From the NCBI GenBank assembly GCA_041740735.1, contig JBGSLL010000058.1, positions 17,783-81,782 of the forward strand: 64,000 nucleotides of DNA. The letters are read 5' to 3'. The position numbers were made by a program, and so were the translations under genes. Below are positions 25,513 through 35,634 of this stretch, one piece after another. A model generated the notes under the pieces. That model was given only the letters and a program-made list of their open reading frames with translations. It had not been told where the DNA came from and made no database searches. This DNA comes from Rhodopirellula sp. Lineage in GTDB: Bacteria > Planctomycetota > Planctomycetia > Pirellulales > Pirellulaceae. The stretch's first letter is position 1, and each line of letters opens with the position of its first letter.

Positions 25513-27255
25513 CTATTTTTCCTTTTTCGACTTTGCTTTCATTTCCTTCAGCTTGTTTTCCAGGCGACGGATTTCCTCTTCAATGTTCTCGCTTTCCGAA
25601 GCCGTGGAAGGTGTTTTCTCACGGTTATCATCGAGATTTCGCTCGATGGGAGTTGTTGGAGTATCGAGCTTTACGGACCCGATCTCCTCTTCGTCACCAA
25701 ATGCAAGGGGATCACTAGTTACGGCAGGTCCGCTCGATTTGGTTGGCGGACTCAATGTGTTTCCCTCATTACCATTCGAGCTGCTTTTGTCATTGCTTTT
25801 ATTGAGAAAGCCACCGATCGCCGAACCGAGCCCGCTCAACATCGATCCCGCTGGGGGTGATGTACTCGCACTCTTGTTTGCATCAGCGGGTGACTTGGAT
25901 TCGGCGTCGGAAGACGGAGAAGCACTAGGGTCCAACGAGAGAGTCAGCAAACGTTGGTTTCGGATCAACTGCAGCTTGAGGGGTGCCACGCCATCCCACT
26001 GTTTCAAGCGGACCTCGAGCATCTCACCTGTAAAGACAAAATCTTCTCCCACAGAAACGATTCGGTCGCCAGTTTCTAATCCCATTCGGCTACCGATTGA
26101 TTCCGACGTAATCGTCTTGATCACAGCACCGCGAACCACTTTGGCATCCTCGACTTCGAATCCCAATGTCTCGATCATCGATGTTTCGATCATCGACGAA
26201 GTCTTCGCGGTTGAAACCACCTTTTCGTCATTGATCTTTTCTACTGCCTTCATCTCCGGCACCGGTGCAACGGATGGATCTTTCGTCACAGATGAAGCCT
26301 TCTGCGGGGCAGCCTGGTTGGGTGAGGCCGCAGGGGTTGGATTATCAGGGAGCCCTTGCAAAGCAGGCCCTGCCAATGTCGGTTCATCATTCGCCGGAAC
26401 TGGACTTTCGGGTATTGGACTTTCCGGAGTTGGCTGAGCGATCATCGGCTGAGAGTTGGTCGGCTCATCATTTGTCGGCTCAGTGCTGGGATCGGAAGGA
26501 TTCGCTGGCTTCGCAGAAGCGACTTGGCGATTCGCGGTGCCGTCCACCAATGGAATCGTCAAGTCACCAGTGCGGCGATCTCGAACAATTCGCGTCACGA
26601 CCGTTTCCCCAGGCTGTTTCTCACTCAGAGAGGCGATAATCAATGGAATGCTCGAAGTACTCTGGCCATCGACACCGACGATCACATCACCGACCTGAAG
26701 CCCTGAATTACCAGCTAAAGATTGGGGACCGATCTTTGTCACTCGAACTCCCTGCACACCAGTCACTGGATCTGAAAACGGTTCAACATCCACACCAAGC
26801 GAGCCATTTTTTTGTAAATCGCTCCCTTGAGAATCGCTGCCAGTGGGAAACGCACCGGGACTTGGGGGAGCAACCATCACAGAACGCCCAAGATCCTCAT
26901 CGTTTGGATTCATGGGAACTGCAGGAGCAGCAACGATGGGATTTCTAACTTGCGGATCGATGGATTGAGCGGAACGCAGTGGGACTTGTGCCCCGTTCGG
27001 GCGCGCTGCGGATGTTTGGCCTCGGGGCGGAATGGTTAGCGGAACGTTGGGGCGGACCTGAGGCTGGCCCCCGATAGGTTGGCGAGCCTGAGGAGGTTGT
27101 TGGTTGGCCGGATACGGTTGACGCGCTGGAGCAGGACTGCTCAGCAGGGAACGCAATCGGGGAAAAAGTTGGGCTTCCGCTGACGGAGCGCTCGCCGCCA
27201 ACACGAAGGCAACCGTAAAAACGATCACTAAGATTCGGGTTTGTGGCTGTTTCAT
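25513..27255 (-). CDS. secreted PDZ-domain protein (two PDZ domains, Pro/Gln-rich linkers)
   Basis: Signal peptide. PDZ-like GVRVTKIGPQSLAGNSGLQVGDVIVGVDGQ and AVIKTITSESIGSRMGLETGDRIVSVGE. Lys/Glu-rich coiled C-terminus. Confidence 0.7.
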   Translation of the reverse strand: MKQPQTRILVIVFTVAFVLAASAPSAEAQLFPRLRSLLSSPAPARQPYPANQQPPQARQPIGGQPQVRPNVPLTIPPRGQTSAARPNGAQVPLRSAQSIDPQVRNPIVAAPAVPMNPNDEDLGRSVMVAPPSPGAFPTGSDSQGSDLQKNGSLGVDVEPFSDPVTGVQGVRVTKIGPQSLAGNSGLQVGDVIVGVDGQSTSSIPLIIASLSEKQPGETVVTRIVRDRRTGDLTIPLVDGTANRQVASAKPANPSDPSTEPTNDEPTNSQPMIAQPTPESPIPESPVPANDEPTLAGPALQGLPDNPTPAASPNQAAPQKASSVTKDPSVAPVPEMKAVEKINDEKVVSTAKTSSMIETSMIETLGFEVEDAKVVRGAVIKTITSESIGSRMGLETGDRIVSVGEDFVFTGEMLEVRLKQWDGVAPLKLQLIRNQRLLTLSLDPSASPSSDAESKSPADANKSASTSPPAGSMLSGLGSAIGGFLNKSNDKSSSNGNEGNTLSPPTKSSGPAVTSDPLAFGDEEEIGSVKLDTPTTPIERNLDDNREKTPSTASESENIEEEIRRLENKLKEMKAKSKKEK

Positions 27256-27338
27256 CTTCTACTAGCTTCCCCACATTGGAGTTTGGAGTGTCGGACCAAG
27301 GAGGCGGTCTGTCCGCCTCAATATACGCACCGACTACC

Positions 27339-27911
27339 TTATGTCCTAGGGTCTAAATTTCCCTCAACCCCTTGCTGGTGATAAAAATGCTCGATATTTG
27401 ATTGGTTTTCCAGCAACCAATCAATCGTCGGCTCATTCTTTAGGGCCTTCTCAATTACTCGGACAGTCGCTTGACGATGGATGTCAAACAGAGCTTGGTA
27501 GTCAATTTCCTTGAGTTGAATCACGCTCGGGTCAAGCCATACGGAATAGATGATGCCGAGTTCGCTCGCCTTTGATTTATCGATGATTCCGCTTCGAACT
27601 GCGTCCAGTACCCCATTGGCAATTCCCGCTTGAACGCTTCCCATCAAGATATTGGTGTAGCGTTCGCTCGAAACCGTCACCTTGCTGACCATCAAGGTCG
27701 CTGGTTTGACCTGAACGTCGCAGTTCAATATGGCAAAGACCCGCGTGTGACCCTTCACTTGGTCGCCCAAAAGGGTCGCCATCGCGGTCCCTACCGGACC
27801 ATCGAGTTCGCCGATTGCGATCTCTGGTTCTGCACAAAGATACCCTTCACTCCCTTCGAGCATCGTTTCGGCAGTTCGCATTCCAATTCGCATGATAGTC
27901 GTTTCCTTCAT
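27339..27911 (-). CDS. formaldehyde-activating enzyme (Fae) homologue
   Basis: IGELDGPVGTAMATLL, VKPATLMVSKVTV and GSVQAGIANGVLDAV align by eye with Methylorubrum Fae (IIGPRGSPAE; CKPNTLMFNKVTI; GPAQHGVAMAVQDAV; recalled). The start may be the ATG at 27893. Confidence 0.65.
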   Translation of the reverse strand: MKETTIMRIGMRTAETMLEGSEGYLCAEPEIAIGELDGPVGTAMATLLGDQVKGHTRVFAILNCDVQVKPATLMVSKVTVSSERYTNILMGSVQAGIANGVLDAVRSGIIDKSKASELGIIYSVWLDPSVIQLKEIDYQALFDIHRQATVRVIEKALKNEPTIDWLLENQSNIEHFYHQQGVEGNLDPRT

Positions 27912-27919
27912 TCGCTTCT

Positions 27920-28660
27920 TTAGAGGATTTCCAAAAGTTCAACTTCGAAAACGAGAACTTGGTTCGGGCCGATCGCTCCTTGGCTTCCCCGTTCCCCATA
28001 CGCCAGTTCTGAAGGAATGTAGAGCATCCATTTGTCGCCGACCTTCATCGCTTGGAGCGCCATTTGCCAACCCTGAATGACCTGCCCGACCATAAAGCTC
28101 GCGGGCTCGCCGCGTTCAACCGAACTGTCAAACACGGTTCCATCTATAAGTTTTCCGGTGTAGTGAACCTTGACTTTATCCGAAGCTGTTGGCGAGGCTC
28201 CGGTTCCCGATTCGATCACCGAGTAGTAAACCCCTCCAGGCAGTTTCTTCACCCCTTCTTTTTTGGCGTTTTGCTCTAACCAAAGTTTTCCTTTTTCTTT
28301 GTTCATTACGATTTGCTCTTGAGCCCGCTTTTGAAGCATCGCTTCCATACGACCTTGGACTTCGCCAAGCTGTTTGTTGCTCATCGCAGGATCGCTGTTC
28401 GCCAGCCCATCAGTGAGACCTTCAATGAGCGTCTTGAAATTCATGTCCTCCGCTGTAAATCCTTGGGCTTCCATTTGTTGTCCGAGCGAAATGCCGAGCA
28501 GGTAACCAATTTCGTCAGCCGGTTCCGTATATTTCGGTGCGCTATCGTCGGTTTTTGCAGCTTCGTCTTGGGCCATGATTGGATTCGTCATGAGAAAGAG
28601 GGTGACGAGTGCAATCCCGCCAAATCGTGTGTTTGAAAAGAGAGAGGATCGGTGAGACAT
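27920..28660 (-). CDS. FKBP-type peptidyl-prolyl cis-trans isomerase (FkpA/Mip-like, secreted)
   Basis: Signal peptide, N-terminal helical dimerisation region, and FKBP core VKVHYTGKLIDGTVFDSS, GQVIQGWQMAL and LVFEVELLEI. Confidence 0.9.
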   Translation of the reverse strand: MSHRSSLFSNTRFGGIALVTLFLMTNPIMAQDEAAKTDDSAPKYTEPADEIGYLLGISLGQQMEAQGFTAEDMNFKTLIEGLTDGLANSDPAMSNKQLGEVQGRMEAMLQKRAQEQIVMNKEKGKLWLEQNAKKEGVKKLPGGVYYSVIESGTGASPTASDKVKVHYTGKLIDGTVFDSSVERGEPASFMVGQVIQGWQMALQAMKVGDKWMLYIPSELAYGERGSQGAIGPNQVLVFEVELLEIL

Positions 28661-28808
28661 GCGTTCGTTTCCTAATCGAAAGGGGGGTAATTCGAGAGAC
28701 AGTTATAGCGTGCCCAAGCAAATCGTGTTACGGGGGGTTATATTATGGAGCCGCCAGTTCGCCTCGCTGCAAATCTCACTCCTAATCTATCCTCTGAAAA
28801 GAACTGCC

Positions 28809-31800
28809 ATGACAAGTTTTTGCTTTCGTTGTGCACTGCGATGCTGGTCCACTTGGATCCTGATAGGTGTCCTATCGCTTTCGTCGGAGGTTTGGGCCCA
28901 GCGAGTGACGATCCCGCGCCGCCAAGACGCTCCCCCCGGCCCCCCGCTCACCCCCGCCGAGGCGCTGAAAAAAATGCAAGTCCCCGACGGATTCTCCGTC
29001 GAGTTGGTGGCTGCTGAACCGCAACTGATCAATCCCGTTGCGATGTGCATCGATGATCAAGGGCGTTTTTGGGTGACCGAGAGTTTTGAATATCCGCGCC
29101 GTGAAGCTGGTCCTGGTCGCGACCGCATCAAAGTTCTCCAAGACACCGACCGCGATGGTGTGGTCGACAAAGTCACTGTGTTCGCCGAAGGACTCAATAT
29201 CCCCTCAGGCATCCAAGTAGGTTACGGAGGCGTTTGGGTTGCCAACGCTCCTGATCTTCTCTTCCTCCAAGACACCGATGGCGACTTGAAAGCGGACAAG
29301 ACAACTCGTGTGCTCACAGGTTTCGGAAGGACCGATACACACGAATTGCCAAACGCATTCACTTGGGGCCCTGATGGATACTTGTACGGGCTCAATGGCG
29401 TTTTCAATTATTGCCAAGTCCGTTACACCCAAGAAAACCCGAACTACCGCGAAGGCCAACCTTCGCGAGACTTCACATGCGCCTTGTGGCGTCTCGATCC
29501 TCGCACCATGAAGTTCGAAATTTTTGCTGAAGGAACGAGCAATCCGTGGGGAATCGCGATCAATCCGCAAGGTGATTTCTTTTTATCCGCATGCGTGATC
29601 GATCATCTGTGGCACATCGCTGAAACCGGTTATTACATTCGCCAAGGAGGCCCATACCCGCCACACACTTGGCCGATGCAATCGATTGTCAAACATGCGC
29701 ATCAAAAAGCTGCCTATTGTGGAATCGTTTACTTCGACAGCGAAGCGTACCCCGAAGAGTTTCGCGATACGCTTTACATGGGCAACGTTCACGCTGGTTG
29801 CCTCAATGCCGATGTGATTGAACAGCGAGGGGCGACCTACTTTGGAAAACCACGCAGCGATTTTCTCACGGCGAACGATGTTTGGTTCATGCCAGTGGCC
29901 CAAGTCGTCGGTCCTGACGGGTGTCTCTATGTTCTTGATTGGTACGACCGATATCACTGCTACCAAGACGCCAATGCCGATCCCGAAGGAGTCGATCGCG
30001 GTCATGGTCGGCTCTACCGGATTTCTTACAAAGAAACCCCCGTCGCTCCAGCGTTTGACTTGGCAAGCGATTCCGATGCAAAACTGATCGAGCGTCTAAG
30101 TGACCCGAACGTTTTCTGGCGCAATCATGCAGCACGACTGCTCGGCGAGCGATCTTCGCCGGAGATTGCCAGCGAACTCAAACGAGTGATCGACCATTCC
30201 GATACCGATCCAAAGCAGCGGTCGCATGCTTTGTGGGCATATCTCAGTGGCGATCATCACGAACTCACTTCACTACTTAGGTGGACTCGGGATCGGTCAC
30301 CCACGATCGCAGCTTGGGCCGTGCGCGGACTGGGGGATTTGTATCCTGCGGACCCGCAAGTCGCCAAGGAACTTACTGAGCTTTCCCAACGGGACAAACT
30401 CGATCCCCGCGTCGCCTTGCAAGTGATCGTCGCCGTCCGAAAAACGTCGATCGCTTCCTCGTTGAAATCTCAAGTGATTTGCAACTTATTGCGTCTGCAC
30501 TCCGATGACACGATCACGCATATCGCATGGAACGCACTGCTGCCGCTGGCAATCGAGGCTCCGCACGCGGTATTCACAGAATTGATGGTTGCCAAAGACT
30601 CGCCCGCAGTACAAGAGCTCATGCCGAAGTTCTTAGCGGTACTCGCTGATGATCCCCAGCGGAACTTTGAAACGATTGAGGAAATCGTTGGGGGGTATCT
30701 CCCTATTCTCGATCGCGGTGCGCGAGAAGATTTAGTGAAGCGATTGTTCGAATTGACTCGCTCCAGAGCATTCACGGAAATCCAACAGGCATCACTGAGC
30801 ACTGCTTCGAACAGTCTTCGTGATGACGAATCAACGAGCACATTATTGCTCAAAGCAATCTGGGGCAGCGTACCGAGTCAACAAAAGGCGAGAGACATCT
30901 TTTCAGACGAAAACCGTGTTGCAGATGATCGTATCGGCGCTCTTCAAGCACTCATCTTCGTAGGAGACCGAGAATTTTTGTCTATGATCAGTCCTATCCT
31001 GAAAAAGAGCATTGGTGACAACGCTTTTCGCGGTCAGGTGATTGATGCACTAGGTGGAGTGAACGTTCCCGAAGTCGCAACCACGCTGCTTGAGCAATTC
31101 ACGACGCTCCCCGACGATATCAAGCCGCGCGTGATCGAGCTGTTGACACAACGACCGAACTGGACGATCCAACTTCTCGATCGGATTGCTGCGAAAGACT
31201 TTTCGCCGCAAGTTGTAAACCTTAACCAGCTTCAACGAATTGCCACATTTAAGGAACCGAAAGTTCAAGTACTGGTGCAAGAAATCTACGGCAGTGTTCG
31301 TTCGGACCGCCGAAGCGATCGCCAGCATGTCATTCAATCCGTCAGCCAGCAACTGGCGAAAACCAAGGGGGATCCTAATGTTGGCCAAGAGACGTTCAAG
31401 AAAGTTTGCGGCCAATGTCACAAGATTCACGGAGAAGGTTTCGAAGTCGGTCCCGACATCACCAGGAACGGACGCAATGATTGGAATCAACTATTGCAAA
31501 ACGTACTCGATCCGTCTGCGGTGATCGGCCCTGGGTATCAATCTCGCACCGTATTGGCGTCCGATGGTCGAGTGCTCACGGGGCTTGCCGTAGAAGAATC
31601 CGAGCAACAGGTGGTGCTTAAAGTTCAAGGGGGAAAAACAGAAACGATCCGCCGCGACGACATCGAACAATACAAGGTTAACGATGTCTCGATGATGCCT
31701 GAAGATTTGGAAAAACAACTGTCGCCGCAAGAGCTTGCCGATCTATTCGCCTTTCTCTCGCTCGACAAAGCCCCCTCGGACCCCACCGCAAAACGACTCC

Positions 31801-31823
31801 CCGGTGCTCCGAATTCCCGATAA
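28809..31823 (+). CDS. PVC-type putative membrane-bound dehydrogenase with HEAT repeats and a C-terminal CxxCH heme-binding domain
   Basis: Signal sequence from the ATG at 28809. The N-terminal beta-propeller-like region (FSVELVAAEPQLINPVAMCIDDQGRFWV) is typical of TIGR02604. HEAT-like middle. C-terminal CGQCHKIHG is typical of TIGR02603. The ORF-track start at 28659 would overlap the divergent FKBP start. Confidence 0.8.
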   Translation: MTSFCFRCALRCWSTWILIGVLSLSSEVWAQRVTIPRRQDAPPGPPLTPAEALKKMQVPDGFSVELVAAEPQLINPVAMCIDDQGRFWVTESFEYPRREAGPGRDRIKVLQDTDRDGVVDKVTVFAEGLNIPSGIQVGYGGVWVANAPDLLFLQDTDGDLKADKTTRVLTGFGRTDTHELPNAFTWGPDGYLYGLNGVFNYCQVRYTQENPNYREGQPSRDFTCALWRLDPRTMKFEIFAEGTSNPWGIAINPQGDFFLSACVIDHLWHIAETGYYIRQGGPYPPHTWPMQSIVKHAHQKAAYCGIVYFDSEAYPEEFRDTLYMGNVHAGCLNADVIEQRGATYFGKPRSDFLTANDVWFMPVAQVVGPDGCLYVLDWYDRYHCYQDANADPEGVDRGHGRLYRISYKETPVAPAFDLASDSDAKLIERLSDPNVFWRNHAARLLGERSSPEIASELKRVIDHSDTDPKQRSHALWAYLSGDHHELTSLLRWTRDRSPTIAAWAVRGLGDLYPADPQVAKELTELSQRDKLDPRVALQVIVAVRKTSIASSLKSQVICNLLRLHSDDTITHIAWNALLPLAIEAPHAVFTELMVAKDSPAVQELMPKFLAVLADDPQRNFETIEEIVGGYLPILDRGAREDLVKRLFELTRSRAFTEIQQASLSTASNSLRDDESTSTLLLKAIWGSVPSQQKARDIFSDENRVADDRIGALQALIFVGDREFLSMISPILKKSIGDNAFRGQVIDALGGVNVPEVATTLLEQFTTLPDDIKPRVIELLTQRPNWTIQLLDRIAAKDFSPQVVNLNQLQRIATFKEPKVQVLVQEIYGSVRSDRRSDRQHVIQSVSQQLAKTKGDPNVGQETFKKVCGQCHKIHGEGFEVGPDITRNGRNDWNQLLQNVLDPSAVIGPGYQSRTVLASDGRVLTGLAVEESEQQVVLKVQGGKTETIRRDDIEQYKVNDVSMMPEDLEKQLSPQELADLFAFLSLDKAPSDPTAKRLPGAPNSR

Positions 31824-32037
31824 GCAATCTCACAATGATTCAATGCGCTGATGGTCTGAGAAGACTAGTTTTCTTGGAGTAAATATGTACATGCCTAAGA
31901 GAAAGGCGTCCGTATATTGACTGTTTTCAATAGCTTGCATGTTGTTTTCGGGATTGATTGATTGCTTCAATGGTGTCAGGATATGGGGTTTGGATTTCCC
32001 GCAGAACCTCGCCGCCTCCATGCCGAAAAGAGATACT

Positions 32038-32244
32038 ATGAAGACCTTTAGTAGGACCGTGAACACCTTCTTTGCGATAATTTTCACAGTAATTTTGATG
32101 TCAGGATGCTCAAGCAGTGAGAATCAATCGGGAGCAAGCACCAACGAAATCCAACAGTACATTCAGAATAATCCTGATAAGATAGCTCGCCCAGAAGATT
32201 CGCCTGCAAACGAGCAGGCTGAATTCGAAGCTGGCAACAATTGA
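32038..32244 (+). CDS. small hypothetical lipoprotein
   Basis: MKTFSRTVNTFFAIIFTVILMSGCSS (lipobox) followed by a polar tail. AT-rich surroundings. No family recognised. Confidence 0.4.
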   Translation: MKTFSRTVNTFFAIIFTVILMSGCSSSENQSGASTNEIQQYIQNNPDKIARPEDSPANEQAEFEAGNN

Positions 32245-32349
32245 CTTCGTTCAATAATAGAAAGTATTAATCGATTAACGCATTTTTCAGTGTGCGAGAA
32301 TTCGTTTGATGTAATGTTTCGTTTTACTCCTTTTTCGATTGAGGTGTTG

Positions 32350-33589
32350 ATGATGAGAAGGTCTGTTTCAAAACTCGGTTTCACTCTCGTTGAGTTGTTA
32401 GTTGTAATTGCCATCATAGGCGTACTTGTCGGATTACTACTTCCGGCGGTTCAGGCAGCCCGCGAAGCAGCTCGGCGGATGAGCTGTAGCAACAACGTTA
32501 AGCAGCTGGGCTGGTATACACAACTACCATTCGGCGTTCCGTCAGTTGCCGACAAGTCGTGGAGGCACATCCAATGTTTTTGGTACCACTGCGGAAGCGG
32601 TCCTTCCGAGCGGCTCAGGCTCAGGCCGAGGCGGTAATAACCGGAACAACTTGAGTGCTCTAGTGCCCATTCTTCCGTTCATCGAACAACAAGCACTTTG
32701 GGAACAAATCAGCAATCCCTTCGTTGTCGTCGATCCGCCAACACCCCAAAGGGTTTACAGTGCGATGGGCCCCAATCCAGAGATGAGTTTGGCAAATCAT
32801 ACGACGGCTCGCTACGATCCATGGATAACAAATGTGACATCGTTTCGGTGCCCCAGCGACCCGGGCGTCGGTTTGCCTGCGCAAGGCCGAACGAATTATG
32901 GAGTCTGTATCGGTGATGCACTGGGGCAACAGAATACGGGTGGCGTGAATGAGAATGGAAGTCCCCATACTACGGATTACCCACGTGCTACCAGCGCATG
33001 TCGTGGAATGTTTCGATCGCGTGTAGCGATGAGCTTCCGTGATGTCTTAGATGGATTGGCCAATACAATTATGATGGGTGAGATGAACACTGATATTGGA
33101 GATAACCATGTCACGACTCAGGCGATCCACGACAACGGTTTTGCTGACACAATTGTCAACAGGCCGTCGTATTGTACGAATTCAACTGAGAAGGATTCGG
33201 CTCGCCCTTCGTTTTGGTTGACCGGTTCAACTGAGTTTGCGGGTGGTGTCGAGATTCAACGTGGTTATAAGTGGGCATGTGGGTTTCCCGTTTTTACGAC
33301 GATCACGACCATCACTCCTCCGAACTCACCGGTTTGCAGTACCGACCCGAGCACATGGCAGCCCGGAATCTATGGTCCAAGCAGTCGTCACCAAGGTGGC
33401 GTTCATGTATTGATGGGTGATGGTGCGGTCAAGTTTGTCACTGATTCCATTGAAGCCGGAAATCAAAACGCCGGCAATGTCTGGTGGAATGGTACTGGGG
33501 TCCGCGCACCAGGCAATCCCAGTCCTTACGGCCTTTGGGGTGCACTCGGAACACGGGCTGTCAAAGAGACGATCGATAAAGAATTCTAA
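32350..33589 (+). pseudogene. DUF1559 / prepilin-type N-terminal cleavage-methylation protein (H-X9-DG family), interrupted by a frameshift near 32508-32512
   Basis: Frame A gives [45 protein letters not shown] and then nonsense. Frame B continues with the family-typical [19 protein letters not shown] and runs to HQGGVHVLMGDG (H-X9-DG) and the stop at 33589. The frames switch at the GGG run at 32508-32510. Confidence 0.7.
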
Positions 33590-33612
33590 ACACTGCAGAT
33601 CAGCTCGGTTTT

Positions 33613-33653
33613 CTCAGTCGAAAGCGCTTACCATGTAGTGGCTTTCGACTGAG
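33613..33653 (+). terminator. 13-bp perfect hairpin between convergent genes
   Basis: CTCAGTCGAAAGC (33613-33625) pairs with GCTTTCGACTGAG (33641-33653). No clear U-tract. Confidence 0.35.
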
Positions 33654-33669
33654 TTGGAAAGTGGAAGAC

Positions 33670-33693
33670 ACGCGGGGCGATTCCCCCGCGTTT
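33670..33693 (+). terminator. GC-rich hairpin with a short T-run
   Basis: ACGCGGGG cgattc CCCCGCGT followed by TTT. Confidence 0.4.
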
Positions 33694-33742
33694 CGCATAA
33701 GCTCTCTTCTAAAACACGATTCATTGAGCAACGAGAGTTGCT

Positions 33743-35386
33743 TCAGCTTTCAGCAGTTGTCGCTGCCGCTTCGGCTGCTTCTTCTGCAGCTCGATCAGCA
33801 TCCGTTTCGTCAATTCGAATCGCGCGGTAGCCTCCGATCCCTTTGAAGTAGAGTACCAACAATAAATAGATCCCTGCCATCGTCAACGGAATGAATGCAT
33901 CGGCTCGCAGTGTGCGGCGATCCCCTTCGATGGACGCTTCAAGAACCATTTTTTCTGCGTCGCTTCGAGTCTCTTTTGGCTTCTCGTTGATCGCTCCGAC
34001 TTTCTTTGCGTCTAATCCGTAAGCCTCAGGGAAGACGGTGAACTTACTTGGATCCGTCGACTTGTATTCTTCGTAAACGGGTTGCGATGCTTCTGCGAGC
34101 GCTTCACCGGAATAGCGGTCTTTGAAGTAACCAAGACCCTGTGAGCCGAGTAGACCTGCGGACATCATTCCGATGCCACCCATGATACTGATCGCTACAG
34201 CCCCGGTACGCGGGAACCGGTCGCTAGCGACCGCAAGCATCGTGGGCCAGAAGAACGTCTTGCCGAATCCGTAAACGGTCAAAGCCAAAATCGCCATTCC
34301 GAACGAGTTGACGTAACTAGTCAAATTGAGCCCCACGAATGCCAAGACGGCGCACACCAGGAGCAAAGCAATCGGCGACAATCCGAGTTTGTTTTCAATG
34401 AAATGGGCACAGAAGCGAAGGCCGAACATCACTGCGGAGGTGAATACGAAGAGGATCTTTCCTTCTTCAGAGCTAAGAATGTTACCAGTGATATTCTGGA
34501 TCCAGCCGTCAGTGCCAAGTTCCACAGCTCCAACAAGTGCGTGGGCAATGAAAAGAACAAATAGGAGCCAAGATCCGATTGAGAATTCCGTGATCACACC
34601 GATGCCAACAAGAAGGATCATTCCAATCCCGTATCCAACGTATGACGCGATTTGGGGATCCATGAAACCTTTGAGAACGTCGCCAAAGAACAGCGAGATC
34701 AAATAGCAAACGACCAAACCACCAAGAATACCGACGTCCTTGAGCATCTGGCCCAAGCTGAGCCCTTTTTGAGACGCTTCGGATTGAGGCATTCTTTGTC
34801 CGAAAAACATCAATCCATAAAGGACCGTTGGGATGAGGAACAACGCAAGCTGCCATTTCCAATCCCATTGGAACTTGTCATCCAGGACCCAGCCAGCAAC
34901 ACCCCCTAGAATCATTCCCGCTGGCCAACTCGCATGGAGGATATTCAAGTAGTGGGTTCGGTTTTGCGGAAAAAGAGTTGCGACCAACGGATTTGCGACC
35001 GCTTCAAGCGTTCCATTGGCGATTGCGAACAAGAACGTACCCCAGAAAAGCCACTTATAGGCTAAATCCGGAGACATTCCATCCACCGCAGCAAAGGTAA
35101 CAAAGGCACTCAACACATGAAATGCAAATGCAACCATGACGAGTTTTCCGTAACCGATCTTGTCTGCGACCACGCCGCCTACAATGATTCCGAAGCAGAA
35201 TCCGGTGAAACCGGCGCCGCCAATCGCTCCTAATTGGAGCCCCGTAAATCCGAACTCTCGTCCCCAGTTGTCGAGGATACCACCGCGAATCGCAAAGCCG
35301 ACTCCCGCTGCAAGAATTGCGGTAAAACCGGCCCACAACAGCCGCTTTGCATTGGGAGTGACCCCGTTTACTTCGTTGCTGGTCAT
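33743..35386 (-). CDS. MFS transporter with an extra C-terminal loop and TM
   Basis: 12-TM-like hydrophobic pattern. The start is placed at the ATG at 35386 (MTSNEVNG), because the longest ORF (to 35581) adds a non-hydrophobic leader. C-terminal Ala/Glu-rich tail. Confidence 0.75.
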   Translation of the reverse strand: MTSNEVNGVTPNAKRLLWAGFTAILAAGVGFAIRGGILDNWGREFGFTGLQLGAIGGAGFTGFCFGIIVGGVVADKIGYGKLVMVAFAFHVLSAFVTFAAVDGMSPDLAYKWLFWGTFLFAIANGTLEAVANPLVATLFPQNRTHYLNILHASWPAGMILGGVAGWVLDDKFQWDWKWQLALFLIPTVLYGLMFFGQRMPQSEASQKGLSLGQMLKDVGILGGLVVCYLISLFFGDVLKGFMDPQIASYVGYGIGMILLVGIGVITEFSIGSWLLFVLFIAHALVGAVELGTDGWIQNITGNILSSEEGKILFVFTSAVMFGLRFCAHFIENKLGLSPIALLLVCAVLAFVGLNLTSYVNSFGMAILALTVYGFGKTFFWPTMLAVASDRFPRTGAVAISIMGGIGMMSAGLLGSQGLGYFKDRYSGEALAEASQPVYEEYKSTDPSKFTVFPEAYGLDAKKVGAINEKPKETRSDAEKMVLEASIEGDRRTLRADAFIPLTMAGIYLLLVLYFKGIGGYRAIRIDETDADRAAEEAAEAAATTAES

Positions 35387-35634
35387 CAGCAGTCGCCTTG
35401 TTTCTAAAATGTCTGTGTTGGCAAGACGCGCGAGGGCGTCAAAATAGGATGCAGCAAAATGCTTGCAAAACGAAAGGTCTAAGTCAAGCTGGTTGCCGCT
35501 AAATCGCGTAGAACGTAAAGCTAATTCCCGATGGCTCGCATTGCTACTGCCCCAGTCGCTATAATTTCTCTCCATGGGCAAAATTGCCTGATTCCACTAA
35601 ACCAGACACCTGATTCGACCACCTTTGGAGCAAT

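Noticed and set aside
25343-26437. A 364-aa plus-strand ORF, together with similar long antisense ORFs at 9712-10659, 44622-45446, 52736-53554, 24265-24990, 11062-11745, 13975-14664, 16357-16941 and 4052-4630.
   Set aside because: Each lies entirely opposite a gene with clear family motifs, and each translates to low-complexity Ser/Arg/Pro-rich sequence with no motifs. These are typical shadow ORFs in moderately GC-rich DNA.
28659-28808. The upstream ATG at 28659 as the start of the PVC-type dehydrogenase.
   Set aside because: It would overlap the divergent FKBP start codon and add 50 non-signal-like residues. The ATG at 28809 is followed directly by a signal peptide.
32290-33589. Treating 32290-32637 and 32546-33589 as two separate overlapping genes.
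   Set aside because: The first ORF carries only the prepilin N-terminus and the second only the remainder of the DUF1559 domain. The family-conserved sequence continues seamlessly across a +1 shift at 32508-32512, so this is one disrupted gene.
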